A stretch of DNA of 64,000 bases from Candidatus Oxydemutator sp. (GCA_965203445.1 OZ241883.1:1120001-1184000), one strand, 5' to 3'. Positions 1 through 9,451 are shown, counted from the stretch's first letter. The notes: generated by a model not told the origin, from the letters alone. A program made the numbers and translations.

Positions 1-416
1 CCGGTTTCCGCCGCCAGCAGGATGTGGCGCCGGAACGCCTCGCGCTGGCGCGCGCGCGGCGCGAAGTCGCGGCAATAGTCGAGTCCGGTCTCGCCGATGG
101 CGACGACCTTGGGGGCGCCCGCCAGGCGCTTCAATGCGTCGTAACTTTGTCCGTCCCACTCGCCGGCGTGGTGCGGATGCACGCCGACCGCGGCGTGGAG
201 AACCTGCGAATAGCGTTTGGCCAGCGCCAGCGCCCGTGCGCTGTCGGCGACGCTTGCGCCGGGCACGATCATCGTCTGTACGCCGCCGGCCGCGGCCCGC
301 GCCAGCACCTCGCGCTCGTCGGCGCGAAACGACGGATGCGTGAAGTTGAAGCAGATGTCTATCAACGGGGTCGTCGGGGGTGCCGTCGGGGTGCCGTCGG
401 GGGTCGTCGGGGGCAC
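1..416 (-). CDS. tatD: TatD family DNase/amidohydrolase (3' end runs off the window)
   Basis: Not in the ORF track; manual translation gives LIDICFNFTHPSF...MIVPG...AVGVHPH...VVAIGETGLDY, typical TatD motifs. In-frame GTG at 416 lies just after the upstream regulator's stop. Confidence 0.85.
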   Translation of the reverse strand, partial: MPPTTPDGTPTAPPTTPLIDICFNFTHPSFRADEREVLARAAAGGVQTMIVPGASVADSARALALAKRYSQVLHAAVGVHPHHAGEWDGQSYDALKRLAGAPKVVAIGETGLDYCRDFAPRARQREAFRRHILLAAET

Positions 417-418
417 CG

Positions 419-1363
419 TCAGGTGGTTAGCTTCGCCATCTCGAAGCGCAGCTGCCTCAGGTTGTTGCAGTGGATCGCGTTGATCTCGCCGACGATGGCC
501 GGGTAGTGGCCGCCCGCCGGCGTATGCACGATCAGCGGCGCGTCGGGCAGCAGGCGCCGCAGGATCCTGAGCTGGTTCGGCACGTCGTCGTCGTCCGCCA
601 ACGCGCTCGCGCCGATGACCACGGCCTGCGCACGCGCGGCACACGCGGTGTCGGCGACGTCGCCGGGCACCGCGCGTTCTCCGATATAGACCGGGTTCCA
701 GCCGTTGGCGTTGGCGACCGCGGCGATTTTCAGCGCGCTCAGTTCCGGGTCGCGCTCGACGGCGCCGACGACGGCGCGGTTGCGCGGATGATCGTTCGCC
801 GCCGCGAGCATCAGCAGGCGCGCCGCGACCGCGCCGGTGAACAGGCGCTTGTGGCCGTTGGACAGCGCGCCGCGGCGGCACTCGTCGCGCACGTGCGCCA
901 GCAGCGGCGTGATCAGGTCCTCGATAAGAAACATCGTGCCGAGCGCCCGTTCGGCCCGCGCCAGCGTCGCGATGCAGCCGCAGGCGTTGAGATCGTCGAC
1001 CGCCTGGATGCAGGAGTCGAAGTATTCCATCACGGCCGCGGTGCTCCGGCGTTGGCGCTCGCCGGGAGCGCTGGCGGCGACCGCCTGGTCTTTGGCGAGC
1101 AACTCGGCCAGACGCTCATTCGGCAGGTCCGCGACGTCGCCGATTCTTCTGCCGGCCGCGGTCACCTTTGCGAGCAACGAAAGCCGTTCGACGTCGGCGT
1201 CGGTATAGGTGCGCCTGGCGCCCGCGGTGCGCCCGGGCGCGACGACTTTGTAGCGGCGCTCCCAGGCGCGGATGACGCTGGTGCTCAAGCCGCTGTAGCG
1301 GGCCGCGATGCCGATGGAATGCGCGCCGCCGCTGGCTCCGTCTGGCGCAGAATGTTTTCTCAT
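419..1363 (-). CDS. MerR-family regulator with CarH/LitR-like helical and B12-binding-type C-terminal domains
   Basis: N-terminal HSIGIAARYSGLSTSVIRAWERRY...RTAGARRTYTDADVERL is a CarH/CarA-type HTH; C-terminal Rossmann-like GWNPVYIGERAVP; cobalamin ligand motifs look degenerate. Confidence 0.8.
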   Translation of the reverse strand: MRKHSAPDGASGGAHSIGIAARYSGLSTSVIRAWERRYKVVAPGRTAGARRTYTDADVERLSLLAKVTAAGRRIGDVADLPNERLAELLAKDQAVAASAPGERQRRSTAAVMEYFDSCIQAVDDLNACGCIATLARAERALGTMFLIEDLITPLLAHVRDECRRGALSNGHKRLFTGAVAARLLMLAAANDHPRNRAVVGAVERDPELSALKIAAVANANGWNPVYIGERAVPGDVADTACAARAQAVVIGASALADDDDVPNQLRILRRLLPDAPLIVHTPAGGHYPAIVGEINAIHCNNLRQLRFEMAKLTT

Positions 1364-1490
1364 TTGTATAAGTTCCGTCTATAATAGTAGCATAATATAT
1401 CCAGATTTTGCATCTGGAAGTTGAACAATATGTCTCTTTATCCTATACAAATGATAAAAAAACTTTTTCTGTATAGGATTTGTCCCAATA
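1364..1490. promoter_or_regulatory. AT-rich divergent promoter/operator region
   Basis: TTGAAC-N17-TATACA (1421-1449, + strand); perfect inverted repeat ATCCTATACA (1440-1449)/TGTATAGGAT (1470-1479); TnnACA-type units at 11/22-bp spacing. Confidence 0.5.
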
Positions 1491-1558
1491 ATCATAGTGT
1501 GGTACTTCCCGTAACGAAGCCCGACAAAATAAAAACAGTTGGTGGTACAGTGGGGTGC

Positions 1559-2752
1559 ATGGAGCGGCCCGTCGGTATTCCTTTGAAAAGCCGCCGGAGG
1601 ACCTCCGGTGGCCTTTTGTTGCCGCCGGCGGCGCGCGCCGCCGACCGGCGCATCATCCATTTCGACATGGACGCATTCTTCGCGGCCGTGGAGCAGCGCG
1701 ATTTCCCGCGCTACGCCGGCAAGCCGCTCATCGTCGGCGGTCTGCCGGACAAGCGCGGCGTGGTCGCCACGTGCAGTTACGAGGCGCGCCGCTACGGCAT
1801 CCATTCGGCGATGTCGTCGGCGCGCGCGGCGCGGCTGTGCCCGTCGGCGGTTTTCGTAAAACCCCGTTTCGAGGTCTATCGCCGGGTGTCGGCGCGGATA
1901 CGCTCGATTTTCGAGGAGTTCACCGACCTCGTCGAGATGCCCTCGCTCGACGAGGGTTACCTGGACGTCAGCGAAAGCGCCGCCGACGTCGAGGCCGCCT
2001 GTGCCGTCGCGCGCGAGATCAAGCACCGCATCGCGCGCGCGACGCGGCTGACGGCCTCCGCCGGCGTCGCCTGCAACAAGTTCATCGCCAAGATCGCCTC
2101 CGACTTGGACAAGCCGGACGGTTGTTACGCGGTGCCCGCCGGGCACGCCGAACGCTTCGTCGGGAATCTGCCGGTGGGAAAATTCCACGGCGTCGGCAAA
2201 GTCACGCGCGCGCGCATGGAGAGGCTGGGAATCAAGACCGGCGCCGACCTGAGGCGCCACCCCCTCGACGAACTGGTCGGCATCTTCGGCAGCGCCGGGT
2301 ATTACTATTACGACGCGGCGCGCGGCATGGACGCGCGCCCGGTGATCACCGACCGCCCGCGCAAATCGGTCGGCGCCGAGACCACTTTCGAGAACGACCT
2401 GCGCGACGCGGACGAGATCGGCGTCGAGGTGCGTCGGCGCGCGCTCGAGGTCGCGCGTATCTTGAGGTCGCGCGAGTTGAGCGGCTACACGGTTACGCTG
2501 AAGGTCAAATACGCCGACTTCGTGCAGATTACCCGCAGCCGCACGCTCGATCATCCGCTGACCGGCCTGAAGGAGATGCTGCGCCTGCTGTCCGGGCTGT
2601 TGCGCAAGACCGAGGCCGGCCCGCGCCCGGTGCGGCTGCTCGGCGTGACGGTCTCCAATCTGTGCGCGCCCGGCACGCCTCGGCAGGCGGCGTTCGCCTT
2701 GTCCGAACCGGCGCGCGAACGCGGACGCGGCGCGGACGCCGAAGTTGCATGA
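1559..2752 (+). CDS. dinB: DNA polymerase IV (start uncertain, between 1559 and about 1620)
   Basis: IIHFDMDAFFAAVE, CSYEARRYG, SLDEGYLD, KIASDLDKPDG Y-family motifs. Confidence 0.95.
   Translation: MERPVGIPLKSRRRTSGGLLLPPAARAADRRIIHFDMDAFFAAVEQRDFPRYAGKPLIVGGLPDKRGVVATCSYEARRYGIHSAMSSARAARLCPSAVFVKPRFEVYRRVSARIRSIFEEFTDLVEMPSLDEGYLDVSESAADVEAACAVAREIKHRIARATRLTASAGVACNKFIAKIASDLDKPDGCYAVPAGHAERFVGNLPVGKFHGVGKVTRARMERLGIKTGADLRRHPLDELVGIFGSAGYYYYDAARGMDARPVITDRPRKSVGAETTFENDLRDADEIGVEVRRRALEVARILRSRELSGYTVTLKVKYADFVQITRSRTLDHPLTGLKEMLRLLSGLLRKTEAGPRPVRLLGVTVSNLCAPGTPRQAAFALSEPARERGRGADAEVA
1586..1620 (+). terminator. Intrinsic terminator-like hairpin just before the dinB catalytic region
   Basis: GCCGCCGGAG-GAC-CTCCGGTGGC followed by CTTTTGTT and preceded by AAAA. 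Confidence 0.5.
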
Positions 2753-3018
2753 ACCGGACTGCGCCGTTCGCGTTGTTCTCGTCGCTGGCGCTTACACGCG
2801 CCGTTTGCGGTCGCGGCCGCGCACGCCGCCCCTCGTCCCCGGTTCCGAAGCCGCATCTGATAAGCGCTGTGCGCGTGGCTTGCCCTGGGCGATCACGAAA
2901 GACGGCGAACGGCCGGAGGCGCTGGAGGAGTTGACGGCGGCTTATCGTGCGTTTCCGATGGACGCCCAGGTCGCGTTGCGGTGGCGCTGGTGCGGTTGAC
3001 ACGCTCACGGGCGCGCCA

Positions 3019-4164
3019 TCACGGCGCCTTCAGGTTCAGCACCTCGTTGTCCTGATCGATGGAAAACTCGAAGTTGCCGAGGAAATCCATGCCGAGCAGG
3101 CCGTCGGCGTCGAAGGTCTCCGGCATTTCGGCGATGCCTATCGGCATGTCCTCGAACGTGACGTCGCCCACGCGGAAGCTGCGCGCGTTGACTATCGTCA
3201 CCTCCACCTGGCTGCCGACGGCGTTGAAGCGCGTCTTCTCTCCGCCCTCGGTGGACAGGCCGACGGCGTCGGCGAAGCGTCGGCGCACGATGGAAATCGA
3301 GGCGCCGGTGTCCAGTACCAAGTCGGCACGGCGGTCGTTGACGTTTGCCTCTATCAGAAAGCCGTTGCCCGCGCGCGTCAATTCGATCGGCGCGCCCTCG
3401 CCGAGTTGCCTCAGTTGCTCGACCAGCCGCGAGAGCTTGCGCGCCTTGCCGCCCCACTCGGGGTCGTGCAGGATGCGGTTCAAGCTGCCCAGCCCCTCGT
3501 AGTAGCGCCCGGCGCGGTACTGCGCGCCGGCGAGTTCGTAATAGTATTCGGGGCGGTCGCCGTCTTTTTCGATGAGCAAGTGGTACATTTCGCCCAATTT
3601 GTGCCATTGTTTTTTCTGCGTCAGCTGGGCGCGCCAGGCTTTGGTGATCTGGCCGATGACCTGATCCGCGCTCTCGGTGACCGTGTTCTCGCGGTCGTAG
3701 ATCTTGCCGTCCAGCGCGTTTTCCAACGCCTGCTCATACCGTTCGCGCTGCGCGTCGAGGCGCGCGCGCAGCAGCAGCGCGCCCGGGTCGTAACTTTCGA
3801 TTTCGAGATAGCCGCTCAGTAAAGGCGCCGCCTGGTCCGGCTTTTTTTGCGCCATCAGCCGCCGCGCCCGGTTGAGCAGCGCCGTGCGCATCGCCGCCGC
3901 CCGCACCGGGTCGCTGCTTCTCGTCTCGCGGTACATCAACAACGCCTGCGGCACTTCGCCGCGCGCCAGATGCGCCTGAAAGGACGCGCCTTCGTCCGCT
4001 GTATCACCGTCGGCGATTGTTTGGCCGGGCGCGTCCGCCGGCGCTGGTTTTTCGGCCAGGACCGGCGCCGCGGGCGGTTCTTTTTCACTGTTTTGCCAGG
4101 CATGTAGCGACCAGCCGATGATGAGGCCCACCAGCAGCCAGAACGTGATATTCAGCAGAGGCAT
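3019..4164 (-). CDS. Membrane-anchored TPR-containing retropepsin-like aspartic protease
   Basis: N-terminal TM segment, TPR-like helices, C-terminal LVLDTGAS and DGLLGMDFL motifs. Confidence 0.85.
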   Translation of the reverse strand: MPLLNITFWLLVGLIIGWSLHAWQNSEKEPPAAPVLAEKPAPADAPGQTIADGDTADEGASFQAHLARGEVPQALLMYRETRSSDPVRAAAMRTALLNRARRLMAQKKPDQAAPLLSGYLEIESYDPGALLLRARLDAQRERYEQALENALDGKIYDRENTVTESADQVIGQITKAWRAQLTQKKQWHKLGEMYHLLIEKDGDRPEYYYELAGAQYRAGRYYEGLGSLNRILHDPEWGGKARKLSRLVEQLRQLGEGAPIELTRAGNGFLIEANVNDRRADLVLDTGASISIVRRRFADAVGLSTEGGEKTRFNAVGSQVEVTIVNARSFRVGDVTFEDMPIGIAEMPETFDADGLLGMDFLGNFEFSIDQDNEVLNLKAP

Positions 4165-4219
4165 TGTGGTATTATATCGCGCTACATACCACACTACTGG
4201 AAATAGGATTGCAGCAACA

Positions 4220-6433
4220 ATGGCATCCAGGAAAAAATCAAGAAGAAGCCGTAAAAAGGGCGCGGCAAGGCCCGCCGGCGCACCGCAAAGCGCCGGCGCA
4301 TCGGCGATCGTCGCCGACCAGTCGAAGGGCCGCGCGGCACCGGCGACGGACGTTCGCCCCGCGCGTACGCGCGGCGCGTCTATAAAAAACAGCGGTGCCG
4401 CGCCCGTGCTCTCGCGCGCTTTTCTGGCGGAAGCGGACTCCCGCTACAGCTGGGCGTTCGGTATCTTCTTCGGGCTGACCGCGATAGTCTCGCCGTACGG
4501 TCAGACCGCGAACGGTTTCAACCCCGATCTGCACATGGCCGGTTACTTGCAGGTGGGCAGTCTGGCGTTCCTGCTGGCGTATCTGTTTCATTATCTGCGG
4601 CGCGGCCACGATGAACTATTCATGCCGCGCTCGCCCATGGTGTGGATCGTGTTCGCGCTCTATCTGTGGATGGTGGTCTCGATGTTGTGGGCGCACAACT
4701 TTTACGAGGGGTTCGTCAAACTGCTCGACTGGGGCGCCGCGGTCTGCATTTTTGTGCTGATGCTGCTGCTGATCCGCACCAGCCGCACGTTCTACCCCGT
4801 TTTGCTCGGTTTCTACGCGGGCGGTCTCGCCGTGTCCCTGCTCGGCGTCGGCCAGTACCTGTTCGCGCTCGACTGGGTGCAGCAGCACCAGGCGCCGGCG
4901 GCCACGTTCGGCAACAAAAACATGGCGGGAGAATATCTGGTGTTGGTGGCGCCGCTCGGTATTTGTCTGCTGCTGAACTCCCGCCACAGGCTTGCCGCGT
5001 GGTTTTATGCCATGAGCGGTTCCTTGATCATCGCCTACCTGTTTTACGGGCGCACCCGCGGCTCATGGCTGTCTTTTGCAGCCGAGGTGGTGCTGCTGGC
5101 CGGGTTCTTTCTGTTCGTATGGTTCAAGCATGGTTACAGGCCGTATTGGGATCGCAACAAAACCTATGCTTTTGCAGCCTCGCTTCTGTTTCTCGCGGTG
5201 CTTGTCAACATGCATCCGCACATGTTCAGCGACGGCACCCTCGGCATAGACTCGAGGATCAATCCGTCCGCCGGAGGGACGAAGGCGGACTCTTTCACCG
5301 GTGCGATAGAGTCCGCCTTCGGGACTTTTTGGGAGAGCGCCGATCAACGCTTCGTCATGTGGCTTAATTCGCTTGCGATGTACAAGGATCACTGGTTGCT
5401 GGGAACCGGAATCGGCAACTGGATGGTGTATTACCCGCTGTATCAAGCCGCGGTCGAAATTGACTGGATGCTGACGGGCAACCTGTACCACATCAACGCG
5501 CACAACGACTATGTCGAGTTTCTGTGCGAGTTGGGCCTGGTCGGCGGCGTGCTGATGCTGATGCTGGTCGGAATCATACTGCATACGATGTGGCGCATTA
5601 TCGTGAGACCCGGGATCTCCGATGAAAACCGCGTGTTCGGCGCCGCCGCCTCGGTCAGTATCCTGGGAATCAGCGCCAACGCCGTCTTCAGTTTCCCGTT
5701 GCAGCAGCCGGTGACGATCGCGATGTTCCTGTTCTACCTGGCGATGATACTCTCGGTTGTGAATACCTTGAACGAGGAAGAGCGGGACGTGTACACAATC
5801 AGGCTGCCGTCCCAGCCTTTCAAGATTTTTCTGGTGGCGCTGGTGGGTCTGGGAATGTCCTTCCTGGCGTTCATGCACTACCACTGGTACGTGTCGGAAA
5901 GCCACTACCGCGTCGCCTCGGCCTCGATGAGTCTGGGGCGCTACAAGGTGATGAATCAGTACGCCAAGGTCGCGTTCGAGAACAACCCGATGCGCACCTA
6001 CCTGAACATCTTCCCGGGCTCTTACTACGCCAAGCAGTCGAAATACGACAAGGCCATAGATTATTTCGAGGAGGTGCGCGACGACTATCCGTACCGCATA
6101 GAGATCATGCAGAACCTGGGCGCCTCCTACCTGTATTCCGGAAACAACGACAAGGCTGAGGAAGTGTTCGGACTGTGGCGCAGACTCCAGCCGCACTCCA
6201 TGGATATGCTCAAGTCGTACGGGCTGATGATGTTGCAGTTCGGCAAAAGGGACCAGGCGCGCTATTACCTGACGCGGTCGAAGGAGCTGTTCGAGGAAGC
6301 ACTGGCGCAGGCGATTGCGCACGGGCGCAAGAAGAACGAGCGCCGCCGGCGCATACAGCTGGACGCGGTCAACAAGGCGCTCGCGCACCTGGGGCCGGTC
6401 GCGGCCAAGGCCGCGCCCATGCCGTCCCCATAG
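4220..6433 (+). CDS. O-antigen ligase-like (Wzy_C) membrane protein with C-terminal TPRs; possible O-oligosaccharyltransferase
   Basis: Many TM helices; ATFGNKN, TRGSW, LLGTGIGNW, NAHNDYVEFLCELG motifs; TPR-like tail. Confidence 0.8.
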   Translation: MASRKKSRRSRKKGAARPAGAPQSAGASAIVADQSKGRAAPATDVRPARTRGASIKNSGAAPVLSRAFLAEADSRYSWAFGIFFGLTAIVSPYGQTANGFNPDLHMAGYLQVGSLAFLLAYLFHYLRRGHDELFMPRSPMVWIVFALYLWMVVSMLWAHNFYEGFVKLLDWGAAVCIFVLMLLLIRTSRTFYPVLLGFYAGGLAVSLLGVGQYLFALDWVQQHQAPAATFGNKNMAGEYLVLVAPLGICLLLNSRHRLAAWFYAMSGSLIIAYLFYGRTRGSWLSFAAEVVLLAGFFLFVWFKHGYRPYWDRNKTYAFAASLLFLAVLVNMHPHMFSDGTLGIDSRINPSAGGTKADSFTGAIESAFGTFWESADQRFVMWLNSLAMYKDHWLLGTGIGNWMVYYPLYQAAVEIDWMLTGNLYHINAHNDYVEFLCELGLVGGVLMLMLVGIILHTMWRIIVRPGISDENRVFGAAASVSILGISANAVFSFPLQQPVTIAMFLFYLAMILSVVNTLNEEERDVYTIRLPSQPFKIFLVALVGLGMSFLAFMHYHWYVSESHYRVASASMSLGRYKVMNQYAKVAFENNPMRTYLNIFPGSYYAKQSKYDKAIDYFEEVRDDYPYRIEIMQNLGASYLYSGNNDKAEEVFGLWRRLQPHSMDMLKSYGLMMLQFGKRDQARYYLTRSKELFEEALAQAIAHGRKKNERRRRIQLDAVNKALAHLGPVAAKAAPMPSP

Positions 6434-6441
6434 GCGGAGCG

Positions 6442-7293
6442 ATGGCCGGTTTTACCCTGGCAGGATTGTCTTCGGGCGCGTCGGCCTTTCCCGCCGAGGG
6501 TCTCAACCGCATACTCGGCGCCGTCGCCGTGCTGCTGTTGGTGCCGCTGTGTTTTTACTCGCTTTCCGGCGTGTTCTGGAAACTCTACTACCCCGACCGC
6601 GTGGCCACCGGTTTTGACGTGGCGGCGCCGCAGGCCGGTGCGACCGCGGCCGCCAGACCGCCGGCTTCGTGGGACTGGTTCACCGTCCATGAGGCGCCCA
6701 AGCCGAAGGCGGTGCCGGCGAAGATCAACGCGCGGCTGCTCGGCGTGTTCGGCGTCGGCGACCGCGGCATTGCGATGATCTCGCTCAACAAGGGCAAGCC
6801 GCAGAACTTCCGCGTCGGCGACGAGATCAAGGACGGCGTGGTGCTCGGCAAGCTGGCGCAGGATCACGTCATCCTGTTGCGCGGCGAGCGCGAGGAAGTG
6901 CTGGCGATGAAGAAGTTCAACCTGTTCAACGCGAAGAAGGACGACGGGGCGTTGATCGGCGCCGACGAGCGCGGCATCTCGCGCGATCTCGTGCACAAGA
7001 TGCTCCGCGAGCAGCCGTTGCGCCTGGCGCAGATGGTGCGCTTCGAGCCGGTGCGAAACCGCCGCTACGGGCGCGGCGTCAAAATTACCCCGCGCCGCAG
7101 CGAAAACGAAACCATGTTCTACAATATGGGCTTGATTCCCGGCGACGTGTTGCTCAAGGCCAACGGCCAGAGCATGGAGCAGATAGAACAAAAGCCCGGC
7201 TCGTGGAGGCCGCTGCTTACGGGTAAGAGCGTGCGCCTGGAATTGTTGCGAAATGGAGTATTGCAAAACGTCACGGTCAACCTCGGCAGGTAA
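6442..7293 (+). CDS. gspC: T2SS protein C with PDZ domain
   Basis: TM segment, HR domain (LLGVFG...FRVGDEI...DHVILLRGEREEVL), C-terminal PDZ (GLIPGDVLLKANG); lies directly upstream of gspD. Confidence 0.85.
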   Translation: MAGFTLAGLSSGASAFPAEGLNRILGAVAVLLLVPLCFYSLSGVFWKLYYPDRVATGFDVAAPQAGATAAARPPASWDWFTVHEAPKPKAVPAKINARLLGVFGVGDRGIAMISLNKGKPQNFRVGDEIKDGVVLGKLAQDHVILLRGEREEVLAMKKFNLFNAKKDDGALIGADERGISRDLVHKMLREQPLRLAQMVRFEPVRNRRYGRGVKITPRRSENETMFYNMGLIPGDVLLKANGQSMEQIEQKPGSWRPLLTGKSVRLELLRNGVLQNVTVNLGR

Positions 7294-7303
7294 GGCGCCC
7301 GCG

Positions 7304-9376
7304 ATGCCGACGCCGCTGCCGCGGCGGTTCCGGCGCCGCCTCGCCGCGATCGTGTGGCCGGCGCTCGCGCTGTGGTGGCAGCCGCTGGTGGTCGAGGCGG
7401 CGACGCTGAACTTCCGCGACGTCGACATCCGCCAGATCATCGAGAGCGTGTCCGAGCTGACCGGGCGCAACTTTCTGATTGACCAGCGCGTCAAGGGCAA
7501 GGTCACCATCGTCGCCGCCTCCGAGGTGCCCGACGACGCGGTCTATGACGTCCTGCTGACGGTGCTGGCGATGCACGGCTTTCGCACGGTGGACGCGGGC
7601 AACGGTCTGACCCGCGTGGTGCCGGCCAACGCCGCCGCGCGCTTCTCGCCGCTCGACCTGCCCGAGGGCCTGACCACCGAGATCATCAAGATCAACCATT
7701 TGAACGCCGCCGGTGTCGTGCCGATGGTGCGCCCGCTGATGACCGGCGAGGCGCAGGTTACCGTGCACAAGGAGACCAACAGCATCATCGTAACCGAACT
7801 TCAGGCCAACCTGACCCGCATCAAGGACATCATCGAGGTGCTAGACCGCAAGACTCTCGGCGAATATGAAATCATCGAGCTGAAGAGAACCAAGGCCAAC
7901 GATCTCGTCAACCTGGTGCAGCGCGCGCGCAGCCAGCAGACCAAGCACTTGGCCGAGGTCATCGCCGACCCCCGCACCAACCGCGTGATCCTGGTGGGTG
8001 CGCCCGAACTGCGCCTGCCGCTGCGCGCGATGATCGCCGAGCTCGACACGCTGCCGGACACCGAGGACGCCGGTCGCGGCGTGGTACGCGTGCTCCACCT
8101 GAACTACGCCGACGCCGAGGAGATGAAGGAAATCCTCAAAGGTCTGCTGACCAAGCAGTTTCTCGACCTGGCGCAGGAGGGCGCCGACGTCAGCGATAGC
8201 GGCGACCAGAAGGAGGACGACAAAAAAGACGACAAGAAAGAAGACAAGAAAGACGACGACAAAAAGGAAGAAGACAAGAAAGACGACAAGGACGACGACA
8301 AACGCTACACGGTGCAGGCCGACCCGGCCACCAACGTGCTGATCATCAGCGGCCCGTCGAACATCGTGCAGGCGATAGAAAGCGTCGTCAAGGAACTCGA
8401 CGTGCCGCGCCCGCAGGTGTTCATCGAGGCGATTATTGCCGAGATCACGCTGAATAAGACGGCAGATGTACAGACGCGGTTGAGTGGCGGCAAAGATGGA
8501 GAACCATTCCCGGGCAGCTCGGCGATTACCTCTCTGGAGGGACTTTTCACCGCGTTTGATTTCACGCGGGCGTCACCGGCAGCAGGCACTTTTCTGGGAG
8601 GAAAGATAGACAATGTAACCATTGGCCTGTTCGTACAAGCCCTCCGAACCGATGAGAATACTAATATTCTCTCGACTCCATCGGTGATGACGTTGAACAA
8701 TGAGCGGGCAGTGATTACGATTGGTACTCAGAGGACTTTCGACACAGGCGCAGTTCTTATCGCCGGACAAGGTGGTAGCGGCGCAGACAGGCTGGAAAGA
8801 CGAGACGTGGATACGGTACTCGAAGTTACGCCACAGATCACAAAGGGGGACGTGGTGCGCCTTGAGATCAAGCAGTCGGTCAATCGGGTTCAGGCAGGTC
8901 AGGAGAACAGCCAAACCCCCAATACGTTCAAGCGCGAAATCGAGACTGACGTTGTCGTCAACGACAAGGAAGTCGTGATTCTTGGTGGCCTTCTCGAGGA
9001 GCGGCGTACCGATGAGAGAGACAGAGTGCCTCTGTTGAGCGATATTCCGGTGATCGGCTGGCTTTTCAAGGGTCGTTCGAGCGACCGCGACAAGACCAAC
9101 CTGATGGTGTTTATCCGCCCGACGATCTTCCGCGAGCCGGACGCGGCCAACGAGGAAGCCGTGAACCGCTACGTGCAGCTGCGCCTCGATCAGCTCGAGA
9201 ACCTGGAAACGGTGGACAGCCTGCTGGCCGAAGAGGAAAGAACGATGCTGCTGCCGACGCTGAACAAAGAGCGCGAACTCAGACGCGACGCCAAGCGCAA
9301 GGCCAAGCGCGACCAACGCCGCAAACCCCGCAAAAAACGCAAACCCCGCCGCCCCTCCGGCAACAACCCGTCGTAA
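7304..9376 (+). CDS. gspD: T2SS secretin
   Basis: LNFRDVDIRQIIESVSELTGRNF, LDVPRPQVFIEAIIAE, NILSTPS, VPLLSDIPVIGWLF, KTNLMVFIRPTI. Confidence 0.95.
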   Translation: MPTPLPRRFRRRLAAIVWPALALWWQPLVVEAATLNFRDVDIRQIIESVSELTGRNFLIDQRVKGKVTIVAASEVPDDAVYDVLLTVLAMHGFRTVDAGNGLTRVVPANAAARFSPLDLPEGLTTEIIKINHLNAAGVVPMVRPLMTGEAQVTVHKETNSIIVTELQANLTRIKDIIEVLDRKTLGEYEIIELKRTKANDLVNLVQRARSQQTKHLAEVIADPRTNRVILVGAPELRLPLRAMIAELDTLPDTEDAGRGVVRVLHLNYADAEEMKEILKGLLTKQFLDLAQEGADVSDSGDQKEDDKKDDKKEDKKDDDKKEEDKKDDKDDDKRYTVQADPATNVLIISGPSNIVQAIESVVKELDVPRPQVFIEAIIAEITLNKTADVQTRLSGGKDGEPFPGSSAITSLEGLFTAFDFTRASPAAGTFLGGKIDNVTIGLFVQALRTDENTNILSTPSVMTLNNERAVITIGTQRTFDTGAVLIAGQGGSGADRLERRDVDTVLEVTPQITKGDVVRLEIKQSVNRVQAGQENSQTPNTFKREIETDVVVNDKEVVILGGLLEERRTDERDRVPLLSDIPVIGWLFKGRSSDRDKTNLMVFIRPTIFREPDAANEEAVNRYVQLRLDQLENLETVDSLLAEEERTMLLPTLNKERELRRDAKRKAKRDQRRKPRKKRKPRRPSGNNPS

Positions 9377-9377
9377 T

Positions 9378-9451
9378 TCTCCCTCCCCCTCAGGGAGAAG
9401 TTGTTCGCAGGCCCGTAATGTAACCCTCTCCCCCTATAGGAGAGGGCGGGC
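9378..9451 (+). repeat. Double-hairpin REP/MITE-like repeat, copy 1
   Basis: CTCCCTCCCCCTCAGGGAGAAG-TTGTTCGCAGGCCCGTAATGTAA-CCCTCTCCCCCTATAGGAGAGGG; similar copies at about 56165, 59417 and 62821. Confidence 0.75.

Noticed and set aside
366-420. Short GC-rich tandem repeats at the tatD start (similar ones near 58420 and 63745)
   Set aside because: Low-complexity Pro/Thr N-terminal extensions; no evidence of phase variation.
2745-2999. 84-aa ORF after dinB
   Set aside because: No recognisable motif; probably spurious or a decayed fragment.
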